Both the position numbers and the translations under genes were made by a program. From NCBI RefSeq assembly GCF_001194135.2, contig NC_068983.1, forward strand, positions 10,119,484-10,163,056: a DNA stretch of 43,573 nucleotides. The letters are read 5' to 3'. Shown piece after piece: positions 32,413-43,573 of the stretch. Within the stretch, counting starts at the first letter, position 1; each line of letters begins with the position of its first letter. Under the pieces are notes generated by a model. The model ran no database searches. It had not been told where the DNA came from and was given only the letters and a program-made list of their open reading frames with translations. This DNA comes from Octopus bimaculoides (lineage: Eukaryota).

Positions 32413-33334
32413 CATACATACAGAAAGGGAGAGAGAGATATCAGTGTGTGAGATATACAGCAGTGGTATAGGAACTAGCCAGAGAAGATATTTAAGAGTA
32501 TATTTTGTTGATTTTATATTTTGTTTCTTTTATGTTTACGTTTAGTTCTTTGCGTTTTAGAATCGAAACGAAAGAAAAACATATTACACATACACCCACA
32601 TATCTAACAAAAATATGTTGTAGGCAGTGACGTTTCCGATTTAATGTCTATCTTACAAAACAACACGCCGAAATCGTTTACGCACGTATGCACACAAACA
32701 CATTCACGCGGATGCGCGCTTGAATGTACTGTAGGGTTTATTCATTTTATTCGAAATGGGGGAAATGGCTTCTCCGTCGCATCACTGCGGTTAAAAGCAA
32801 AGACACGAAATTCAAAATGGCGGTGGAGTAGAGCTTCAGTTTCGATTTACATACATACATACATACAATCATACATGTCTTTACAAAATTATAGGCCCTT
32901 GGACAAATCGATGTACTAAGCTCTATATTATATATCTATTGACAGGAAACCACAGCATATATAGATCAGAATTGGGGACCCTAGACCCGTTAGGTCCCAG
33001 GTAATTGCCTAATGTGCTAATTGTTTAAGACGGCACTGCATACATATGAAATATGTACACAAACACATACGCACATAAACATCAATAAAGTATATACACT
33101 TTCATATTAAACTGACAAAGATACTCGCTATATAAATGCATGTTTATATGCATTTATATACATGCAGACAGGCGCATACATATGTGCTCACAAATAATTC
33201 GGGTATCCATAAATTCTAAGAGCTATACTGAGTTAAACAAAGAAGCCTTGTCATTTTGTTAGTGTAACCGGCTCGAATTTTGCAAAAGAAACTCTTAAAT
33301 CTCAAAGATGTACGGTATATCTTTTATAACCAAC

Positions 33335-33598
33335 GCGAAGACCTGTTGAGACAAATGAAATCGATCCAAATTCGACGACTGGCACCTATGCCAACCCTCC
33401 TTCACTGGACACTAAACTCGGCTTGCGAAGACCTGTTGGGGCAAGTGAAATCGAAATCGTGATTGAACCAAATTCGATCACTGGCATCTGTGCCAACCCT
33501 NNNNNNNNNNCACTAAACTCGGCTTGCGAAGACCTGTTGGGGCAAGTGAAATCGAAATCGTGATTGAACCAAATTCGATGACTGGCACCTGTGCCAGT
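33335..33598 (+). repeat. Three tandem ~90-102-bp units (GCGAAGACCTGTTG..CAAATTCGA..CTGGCA.CT.TGCCA)
   Basis: Directly visible; units 2 and 3 flank a 10-N gap. Confidence 0.85.
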
Positions 33599-33955
33599 GG
33601 AGCGCTAAGAGCAATGTTCGAGCGTGATCATTGCCAGAGCAGCAGCCTGGCTTCCGTGCCAGTGGCACGTAAATAGCACCATTTGAACGTGATCGTTACC
33701 AACGTCGCCTTACTGGCACTTCTGTTGGTGGCACATAAAAAAACACTCGAGCGAGGTCGTTGCCAGTGCCGCTGAACTGGCTCCTGTGCAGGTGGCACGT
33801 AAAAACACCATTTTGAGCGTGGCCGTTGCCAGTACCGCATGACTGACCCTCGTGCCGGTGGCAGGTAAAAGCACCCACTACACTCTCGGAGTGGTTGGCA
33901 TTAGGAAGGGCATCCAGCTGTAGAAATTCTGCCAAATCAGACTGGAGCCTGGTGC
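33590..33955 (+). mobile_element. Retroposon body (RTE-associated SINE-like) with ~60-bp internal subrepeats
   Basis: Repeated GTGGCACGTAAAA..CACC..GAGCGTG..CGTTGCCAG units followed by CACTCTCGGAGTGGTTGGCATTAGGAAGGGCATCCAGCTGTAGAAA. The latter motif is recalled from RTE-related cephalopod SINEs; family name not verified. Confidence 0.65.
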
Positions 33956-34890
33956 NNNNNNNNNNNNNNNNNNNNNNNNNNNNNNNNNNNNNNNNNNNNN
34001 NNNNNNNNNNNNNNNNNNNNNNNNNNNNNNNNNNNNNNNNNNNNNNNNNNNNNNNNNNNNNNNNNNNNNNNNNNNNNNNNNNNNNNNNNNNNNNNNNNNN
34101 NNNNNNNNNNNNNNNNNNNNNNNNNNNNNNNNNNNNNNNNNNNNNNNNNNNNNNNNNNNNNNNNNNNNNNNNNNNNNNNNNNNNNNNNNNNNNNNNNNNN
34201 NNNNNNNNNNNNNNNNNNNNNNNNNNNNNNNNNNNNNNNNNNNNNNNNNNNNNNNNNNNNNNNNNNNNNNNNNNNNNNNNNNNNNNNNNNNNNNNNNNNN
34301 NNNNNNNNNNNNNNNNNNNNNNNNNNNNNNNNNNNNNNNNNNNNNNNNNNNNNNNNNNNNNNNNNNNNNNNNNNNNNNNNNNNNNNNNNNNNNNNNNNNN
34401 NNNNNNNNNNNNNNNNNNNNNNNNNNNNNNNNNNNNNNNNNNNNNNNNNNNNNNNNNNNNNNNNNNNNNNNNNNNNNNNNNNNNNNNNNNNNNNNNNNNN
34501 NNNNNNATATATATAGTAACAAATATGAGTACATCCAATAGCTGTGGACTTAAAAACCGGATATGTGAAATATGTGAACATAGGAAATGCAGTGGTTTTA
34601 TGCAGTATCTGTTATGAATGGTCGATGGTAGCTGTTTACTATACAAGCCGTTTCATTGACAACAAAATTTAAGGAATCTGAAAAACATATCGTCTGCATT
34701 TGTTTATCTTTTGAAAGACGCAGTTAGTTTTTGATGTCTATGTCCTTTACACTGTCGCTTTACACACTAGTAATAGCAACAACCTCTTACGTCAAGCTCT
34801 GTAAAGAAAAAAAAAAGATGGAAAGATATTGGATTATGTATACTAGATCAATTTGAGTCAATTGCGCAACGGTCTTGCTGCTTACAATGT

Positions 34891-34945
34891 GTATTTGCAA
34901 ACAAGTATTTGCAAACAAGTATTTGCAAAGGGTATTTGCAAACAG
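34891..34945. repeat. Four tandem copies of a 13-14-bp unit GTATTTGCAAACAA
   Basis: Directly visible. Confidence 0.92.
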
Positions 34946-35462
34946 TAGGATGGAAGCTATTGGTTTTTAAGTGTCTTGATTGACAGTATGTTAATTGTAG
35001 CGTTAGAAAAGTCTTCGCTACTGTCAGTTAAGATTTGCGACATTAAAAATTATGTAATGTCACACGAACGTACCATTCATTATTCAGTTTAAACGGTCTG
35101 GATTTGACAATGGATTGTTTCCAATATGACTATGTGTATGTATGGTATGTAGTCTGTGTGTGTGTCTGTGTGAAAATAACCCTGCGTGGTACACATGCAT
35201 GCATACATAATTGACTGTATATAGACATATCGGTAATACGCAGAGATAAAAAGACGCACAAACATTCACACACCACCACCACAACCCCACACACACACTC
35301 ACAAATATAGAAGAAAGAGCACATGTAAATATATGCCTATGCAGCACATGAAACTGTCATCAATGCACATATANNNNNNNNNNNNNNNNNNNNNNNNNNN
35401 NNNNNNNNNNNNNNNNNNNNNNNNNNNNNNNNNNNNNNNNNNNNNNNNNNNNNNNNNNNNNN

Positions 35463-35516
<54 letters not shown>

Positions 35517-35708
35517 CACACACACAAACAGACACACATACAGGTGCACATCCGCACAAACGCTCTCAGATATACAAACACGTGTGTGTGTGTGTGTGTG
35601 CGTGCGAAAGTTTGAGTGTATAAAACTTATTAACTGGTTCTCATTTTAAAGTATTCTTGACAAAGAAAAGACTGGATATATGTGCGTTTATATGTCTATG
35701 TATAGATC

Positions 35709-35747
<39 letters not shown>

Positions 35748-36292
35748 TTGCCAATGTGTACATGTCTGCGTTTATGTGTGTGCACATGTAACATTAACTT
35801 TGGGCGAAGCAGAAAAGCAATTACGCAATGAAAACCTGAAAACTTAAATGATTACAAACAAAACACACATGGGACCCATCCTTCAAATCAACACACTTTT
35901 GACACTACAGGCTGCTTATATGACATCTTAACTAAATCTAAAGTTCCCTTTCAACTAAAGGACTTCCGCATGTCCTAGTGAATCTCCCTTCTTGACGATG
36001 AATCTTTTCCCTGTACTAACCGATATACAGAAACGGACTAGACATATACAAAGAGACGTAGCAAATTGTATATGGAAACAGCTAAAGAAACAGAAACAAA
36101 GTAGAGAGGAGAGTAGAGCATGAACAACACAGCGGCTCAGCATCACATGTAATTAACCACTGTAATAAAGCAGGTTCATGCAATGTTAAGAGATGTGAAG
36201 TTTAGCTCTCATTTCAAATGATAAAAGAGTGAAATATGATCTGGCCATGTGTGAAATGTAGGCCTTATTTCAAACGCCTCATTAACTAATAG

Positions 36293-36690
36293 GCGCAGGA
36301 GTGGCTGTGTGGTAAGTAGCTTGCTTACCAACCACATGGTTCCCGGTTCAGTCCCACTGCGTGGCACCTTGGGCAAGAGTCTTCTACTATAGCCTCGGGC
36401 CGACCAAAGCCTTGTGAGTGGATTTGGTAGACGGAAACTGAAAGAAACCTGTCATATATATGTATATATATATGTATGTGTCTGTGTGTCTGTGTTTGTC
36501 CCCCAGCATCGCTTGACAACCGATGCTGGTGTGTTTACGTCCCCGTAACTTAGCGGTTCAGCAAAAGAGACCGATAGAATAAGTACTAGGCTTCCAAAGA
36601 ATAAGTCCTACGGTCGATTTGATTCGACTAAAGGCGGTGCTCCAGCATGGCCGCAGTCAAATGACTGAAACAAGTAAAAGAGTAAAGGAG
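36293..36690 (+). mobile_element. SINE family A, full length, young
   Basis: Complete head, microsatellite and tail. Confidence 0.95.
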
Positions 36691-37065
36691 TAATAATCAG
36701 TTTTCGTTTTGTTTTTTTTGTTCGTTTTTGTTTTTTTGTAAGTATCGGTTACTGATATATCAATAAAAATTAGCTAAGATGAATAACTCAGTGGCCAGTG
36801 GTACGTTTGTTGAACAACAGTTGTGTCAGTCACCTTACAACATCAATTCTTGGTGTGTTAAAATGTTCTCCGATTCTAAAGCAATGTATGAAGATTATTA
36901 AATAGCAATTAAGATCAACTTCACTTGAGAAGTGGAGAGAATCTCAAGATTCCAGAATTCTCCAAAGTTGACATGCTGTTAAGGAAACAGCCATGCTTGG
37001 GTACTGAGACATCCAGTATATTCGTCAATTTCGAAAACTTTTAAATGTCAAAGGTGACATTTGAG

Positions 37066-37229
37066 CAATAGTGTAGCTAGTGGAGAGCGAAGGAGGCGGT
37101 TTTGCCCTAAGCGCCATCTTTATGGGATCAGCATTTTTGCATTTGCTGTATAAGCTTGTATAGAGGCAGAGTGGGGTGGGGGCAACAAACTCAAGAACTA
37201 CCTCGAGTGGCACTCTAGATATGCCATAG
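37066..37229. mobile_element. Harbinger-like MITE, diverged
   Basis: CAATAGTGTAGCTAG...CTAGATATGCCATAG; shares CTGTATAAGCTTGTATA with 25793 and GGCAA..AAACTCAAG..CTAC with 15059. Confidence 0.68.
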
Positions 37230-39602
37230 CATTTGCGGTAGATTTCGTCACCATTCTTACAAGTGCACAAAAGTTGATTTGAGTCAGCATGGTCTCACAA
37301 GCTGCGACAATCAGTAAATAAATCTCATTCAAACGAGAAAGATCAATGCTTGGAATCTGTGATCGTTGATTCGCTCAATCGACGTTGATCAAGGGTTGAA
37401 CAACGATGTCAAAGAGTTGGAAGAACATGGTCGGAACGATCTGACATAAAATGTCGATTACAGAAACGAGTGACTAACAGAGTTACTAGGCGAGAAACAA
37501 GACGACGAGGTTTACATTCTAGAGACAGCCGAATGCCAAGAGAAAAAACAAACAAATTCATAGCTTTCATCGAAGTTCTCAGATTAAAGTTAGATGTATC
37601 TCTGATAAACATTTGTAAACAAGCATGTTTATACGTGCGCGCGTATGTATAGAAATTATATATATATATGTATATATATCGGTAAAACTATCTATCTATC
37701 TGTATAAATATATATATTGTAGTAAACTAAATGGTAGGCGGAATAAAGAAAGGAATAGATTTTACCATATTATTTGTCAGTTTAGTAGTAAATGTTGAAA
37801 TAGCTGTTATAATGAAAATCGTTGGTAATAATAATAACTTTGTAGTTTGAGTTGTATCTAATGAATTCCTGTTTGTATAATAAGTCTATACAAATATACA
37901 GATGTTTATACTTACAGCCGAGCAAAACATTTGCAGATGTACGTATCTATAATACAATGAAGAAAGCTGCTTATTAGTTGGAATTATGGAATTTGGGGGC
38001 TCAAAAGTTGTGTTGAGATAGTACCTTGCATTGAGTGTTGTCCAGCATATAGCCTCTACGCAAATGCTGTTCCTCACACTCTAAGGCGATCAGCCAGGTT
38101 CAAACCAAAACGTGAACCGCTCATTTAGTAAAAAGACCGTCCCAGCTAAAACCTAAAACCATCGTGTAAGTTTTACTAAACGAAAGCAGTTAAAGTCCTC
38201 ACTGTCTACAAAATTCTTCCAATTTTAATGTTTTTTATAAGAAAATGTGACTTTCAAGTTTCTTTCATTATTGAAGATTTCAATACGCTAATCAGAAAAC
38301 ATAATTGTTTTCTGATCACCTTTTTTGTTTTTTAACGATTTGTATTTGTATTCTTTTTCTTCTGTTGTCTCCTAGCAACGCCCATTCTACTCTTTTTTGT
38401 TTACCGCCTCTGTTTTTATTAGTTTTTCTATATATATATATATATTTTTTATATATCCTTAAGACTTTATCTCTCTTACCCTCATCCACTTTTTTTGCAA
38501 CGATTTTATCAATTCGGTCTACATTGGTAAAAAATTTATGAGCCCTGGAGTGGATAGTGCTACTGAGAGTAACACTAATTGGACACAAGCTGGAGCAGAC
38601 CTGGTTGGGTCACCTGGATGAGGGTGTCTGATATTGAAAGACCCAAAACATCTATTAACCCACAGGAAACATCACTGATGATGAGTCCAGGCGCATCTTA
38701 ATATGATCAGTGAAAAAATCATATCAAAACTACTAGAGATTTTATATTGCAAGTTTCATTCGGTTATGCCAAAATGTGTCTCTGTCTCTCCTTGTCTCTC
38801 TCACTCTTTCTCTCTCTCATTCAGTTGCCTCTTTTTAAAGTTTATTGATACAAAAATGTACAAATAAATAATTATATCTCGATGATAAATGATACGGAGG
38901 AACTTATACAACAGCAAGTGTTTGAAGTTACATTAAGTTTTACAATATGACTTTTCTTCAGCACATACTAGGTGTGCATTCCAGTTCACTGGCCTACAAA
39001 GTTACAAAATCTTCTCATATGTATATACTCAGTAAAATTAAGACTTTTACATGCTTAAGTTAAGCCAACAGAATACCTAAACTCTTAGTAAATTCTAACT
39101 GTTTTTGAGTGTTTTCTATTTTAAATTTATTTATTCAGCGCGTGAATACTATTTGACGAATAAAGGATACAAAAGAAAATTAGGTGTAACATATCAGAAA
39201 AATTAGTCAAATTGGGAATAAAATGTGTAAATATGTTTTAGTGCCTAACAGAAAACCGTCTGAAGCTTGAATACCAAATGTACATCAGCCTTATATAATA
39301 TTTTTCATTGTGTAAGGGATATCATGGCTAATGGAGAGCGTGTAACTTGGAGTAAGTGAATAGTTTATGAACCGACGCTCCAGTTTTTTTTTTTATATGT
39401 GTATATCTGTATATACACATGCCTGTAGCTAGATACATATATTATTAGAGGTTGAAATGTCACATATCATTACCCTACGCTTCTCGTTTGCAATTTTCAG
39501 ACGAGTAAGAAAAATGGATCATAAAACATTTTATAACAGACACAGTGGTTATTCTGAAATATAACAAGCATTGATTTCATGATCATCCTGGTTTGAAATA
39601 CG

Positions 39603-39638
<36 letters not shown>

Positions 39639-41734
39639 NNNNNNNNNNNNNNNNNNNNNNNNNNNNNNNNNNNNNNNNNNNNNNNNNNNNNNNNNNNNNN
39701 NNNNNNNNNNNNNNNNNNNNNNNNNNNNNNNNNNNNNNNNNNNNNNNNNNNNNNNNNNNNNNNNNNNNNNNNNNNNNNNNNNNNNNNNNNNNNNNNNNNN
39801 NNNNNNNNNNNNNNNNNNNNNNNNNNNNNNNNNNNNNNNNNNNNNNNNNNNNNNNNNNNNNNNNNNNNNNNNNNNNNNNNNNNNNNNNNNNNNNNNNNNN
39901 NNNNNNNNNNNNNNNNNNNNNNNNNNNNNNNNNNNNNNNNNNNNNNNNNNNNNNNNNNNNNNNNNNNNNNNNNNNNNNNNNNNNNNNNNNNNNNNNNNNN
40001 NNNNNNNNNNNNNNNNNNNNNNNNNNNNNNNNNNNNNNNNNNNNNNNNNNNNNNNNNNNNNNNNNNNATATATGTCTTCGTCTTTGTGTTTTCGTTTCTC
40101 ATTGTGTTTAACGTTTTTTATGATGCCCTGTACCCTTATATGCATGTACGTATACATATAGATGTAGGTATGTACATATATGTATGGATATACGCATATA
40201 GTTATATATTATTTATGTTATTATTATATATATATATATATATATATATACACAAACATAAATAGACACGCACGTATTTACGTAATTCCATACTCATATC
40301 CACAGACATACTCACACAATTTTTATCTGTGCTTGTGTGTATTCAGTTGTATGTAATTCTATTTATAGTTGTGTACTGTCTTTGAAATCGAGTCATATTT
40401 TTCGTTAAAATAAGTCACTTGCGTAAGTCAGATGGGTTCAAGTACAAAGATGAATACAATTTATCAAGAATATCATTAAATACTTATTGAATACGCTTTG
40501 CCCAAAGACAGCGATCTTTCACTTTAGGGATAGTAAATGCAGAATTGAAATATGCAAAGAATAAATCTGGCTACCTTAAATGAAACAAATAAGTGAATGG
40601 CTAAAAGTAGGTCATTAAACATCATTAGTGTAGATATCTTTATTCATTTCTCAACAGCATCATTAAGTGAACTTTTGAAGATGACATTGTAGGAAGATAT
40701 ATATATATATTTCTTATTAAAAGACACATGTAAAAGTAATTGCAAATTGACAACTCATTTCGAGGGGATTCATCCGGCTAATAGGTCATCATTTCCTTCG
40801 GTGGTAATTCAGCTTTTTTTTAATGTTGAGCTCGTCTTTGTCAGTTAGGGCAGGTGGTTGAAAAGTGTTGGTTACGCCACATCCCTCACAAGTTATTTAT
40901 TTACGAAAGTCTTTTTTTTGAGCACGAAACTTAATTCAGGTAAGGGCTCAGTACCCGTTGTTGCTCATTGTTCTAGGTAACTTTCATTTGGATCTTATTG
41001 ATACAAGCATGTAAGTTTACATGCATTGTCCCTTAGTGGATAGTTATTATAAAGAAGATAATCATTTCTTATAATATTTGGTGGGATTAGAAATTCTTGT
41101 TTGAAATTAAGGAATTATAAGGAAAAAGACGTATGAATTTCACATATTCAATATTCTTTTTCTTTACTTATTACGAAGTTCTTAAAATGGCTAGTCAGTA
41201 GTAATCTTGCATAGCACTATTTCCTTCTTTTTAGAAATCGTCAGCATGATAGAGCCTGAGATTTGTAAATTAAACATTCTGTGACGCAAAACATTTTTTT
41301 ATATATACAAACTAACTGAAGAAATCCAAGGAATGTGTTTTCTTTTTTCATGGAGCGTTAGTAGTTTAGCAATCGAAGAAATTTCTTCGTGTCCATACAC
41401 AGGATAACTTTTGTGAAAGTTGATATGTGTTTCTAATAAATTTTCGGTAAATTTTCTACTACAAATAAAATACATTCTGATGAAATTTCAAAGACCGAAA
41501 TCGATATATGCAGGTACAGTAAATTAAGCACATCTAAAGCAAATGAAGCTAGTTTTTTTTGTCTGTTCCTCACATGTTATAATAAAGCTAAGAAAAGACA
41601 TTGATAAAAAAGAGAATCCTCCTCATTCTATGCGTGATAGCAAGAGATCCGACGAAGAGCTTCAGCGAAAGAAAATAGGTTTTGTCGGTTTTAAGGTTAC
41701 AGAGTTTTAGTATCAATATACTTTCCTTTTTGAA

Positions 41735-41950
41735 GGCGGCGAGCTGGCAGAAACGTAAAAATGCCGGGTGAAATGCTTTGCGGTATTTCGTCTGTCTTTA
41801 CGTTCTGAGCTCAAATTTCGCCGAGGTCGACTTTGCCTTTAATGCTTTCGGGGGTTGATAAATTAAGTACCAGTTGCGTGCTAGGGTCGATCTAATCGAC
41901 TGACCCCCTCCCATCAACATTTTGGGCCTTGTGCCTAGAGTAGAAAAGAA
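41735..41950 (+). mobile_element. SINE family B, full length
   Basis: Complete match; TSD-like AATATACTTTC / AATATGCTTTC in the flanks. Confidence 0.93.
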
Positions 41951-42868
41951 TATGCTTTCTAACAAACTCTAAGAAGGGACGACACGAGATGTACCTTGTT
42001 GGATGTACGTGTTTGTGGTGTATTGGTTTAAAAGTTACTGGTGCGATACACTATATTGATAATGATGACTGCAATAGCAAGACGAGAGTAAAAGCTTGTC
42101 AGAGATATAGAATGAAGTTAATTATATATATATATATATNNNNNNNNNNNNNNNNNNNNNNNNNNNNNNNNNNNNNNNNNNNNNNNNNNNNNNNNNNNNN
42201 NNNNNNNNNNNNNNNNNNNNNNNNNNNNNNNNNNNNNNNNNNNNNNNNNNNNNNNNNNNNNNNNNNNNNNNNNNNNNNNNNNNNNNNNNNNNNNNNNNNN
42301 NNNNNNNNNNNNNNNNNNNNNNNNNNNNNNNNNNNNNNNNNNNNNNNNNNNNNNNNNNNNNNNNNNNNNNNNNNNNNNNNNNNNNNNNNNNNNNNNNNNN
42401 NNNNNNNNNNNNNNNNNNNNNNNNNNNNNNNNNNNNNNNNNNNNNNNNNNNNNNNNNNNNNNNNNNNNNNNNNNNNNNNNNNNNNNNNNNNNNNNNNNNN
42501 NNNNNNNNNNNNNNNNNNNNNNNNNNNNNNNNNNNNNNNNNNNNNNNNNNNNNNNNNNNNNNNNNNNNNNNNNNNNNNNNNNNNNNNNNNNNNNNNNNNN
42601 NNNNNNNNNNNNNNNNNNNNNNNNNNNNNNNNNNNNNNNNNNNNNNNNNNNNNNNNNNNNNNNNNNNNNNNNNNNNNNNNNNNNNNNNNNNNNNNNNNNN
42701 NNNNNNNNNNNNNNNNNNNNNNNNNNNNNNNNNNNNNNNNNNNNNNNNNNNNNNNNNNNNNNNNNNNNNNNNNNNNNNNNNNNNNNNNNNNNNNNNNNNN
42801 NNNNNNNNNNNNNNNNNNNNNNNNNNNNNNNNNNNNNNNNNNNNNNNNNNNNNNNNNNNNNNNNNNNN

Positions 42869-43022
42869 TTATATAATATAAACAACCCCTCCTGTTTTGA
42901 ATCGCTTTTTGTATGCGTTCCTTGCAGTCTGCACAACAGTAGATTCCAACCAATGGACACTCAGAATAACACGACTCCGCCTCATAATTTTCTTTTCGAT
43001 ATCCAGGAATACACAGGGTATT
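42869..43022 (-). CDS. Candidate cysteine-rich exon (unassigned), truncated by a gap
   Basis: ctatttgtagtatttag| followed by the open frame NTLCIPGYRKENYEAESCYSECPLVGIYCCADCKERIQKAIQNRRGCLYYI; no clear donor before the gap. Confidence 0.25.
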
Positions 43023-43063
43023 CTAAATACTACAAATAGTGAAATTAAATTTAAATCGTACAA

Positions 43064-43164
<101 letters not shown>

Positions 43165-43289
43165 TTATATATATGTGTGTGTATATATGCGTGCATGCTT
43201 GTGTATGTATATGTATATACGTGTATATGTGTGTGTATCTGCGTTTGTGGATGTATATATATGTGTGTGTATGTGTATATTCTTTCGTT

Positions 43290-43475
43290 CTTTTATTGTT
43301 TGTCATTTGACTGTGGCCATGCTGGACCACCACCTTTAGTCGAACTAATCGACCTCATGACTTATTCTTTGTAAACCTAGTACTTATTCTATCGGTCTCT
43401 TTTATCGAACCGCTAGAGTACGGGTACGTAAAGACAGCAACATCGGTTGTCAAGCGATGGTGTGGGGACAAACAC
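43290..43475 (-). mobile_element. SINE family A, tail, followed by (GT)n
   Basis: TTTGTCATTTGACTGTGGCCATGCTGGACCACCACC..GTACTTATTCTATCGGTCTCTTTT.. Confidence 0.9.
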
Positions 43476-43501
43476 ACACAAATATATACGTACGTGTGTG
43501 T

Positions 43502-43573
<72 letters not shown>

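Noticed and set aside
33335-33900. CRISPR-like repeat-spacer array
   Set aside because: The units are contiguous tandem copies without unique spacers, in a eukaryotic retroposon context with no cas genes.
35955-36146. Signal-peptide-like first exon MLSRCVVHALLSSLLCFCFFSC
   Set aside because: The hydrophobicity comes from a T/C-rich tract that equally resembles a polypyrimidine tract; no independent support.
38316-38588. Minus-strand exon ending at a strong G|gtaaga donor
   Set aside because: No recognisable motif, an uncertain acceptor, and the ORF runs into low-complexity sequence.
41645-41672. CCGACGAAGAGCTTCAGCGAAAG hammerhead remnant
   Set aside because: U4 is mutated and the stems are incomplete; too short to support.

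Overview
AT-rich, gap-riddled eukaryotic genomic scaffold with 13 N-gaps, most flanked by microsatellites. The dense (TA)n/(CA)n/(AAT)n/(GAA)n tracts and the recurring tRNA-headed SINE families match my recollection of octopus (coleoid cephalopod) DNA; this is inference, no search was run. Most ORFs in the supplied track are artefacts of microsatellites and gaps. The window looks mainly intronic/intergenic. One well-supported coding exon is present: the C-terminal half of a CUB domain on the minus strand (13854-14047) with good splice sites. The rest is about 30 SINE copies (three main families plus two less defined repeats), Tc1/mariner-, hAT- and Harbinger-like MITEs, and Penelope-like remnants. 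The most interesting observations are: (1) a fossil ~227-codon minus-strand reading frame that reassembles in frame when a SINE and a MITE are excised at their target-site duplications (27302-28319); (2) a near-canonical type I hammerhead ribozyme (4706-4766, minus); (3) a tRNA-like Pol III cassette between 90-bp direct repeats inside a Tc1-like MITE (21241-21794); (4) a 622-bp element bounded by CACTAG termini and inverted TTAGGG arrays (12952-13573); (5) two diverged paralogous exon-like segments conserved at the amino-acid level (338-560 and 3899-4102), tentatively cadherin-like.
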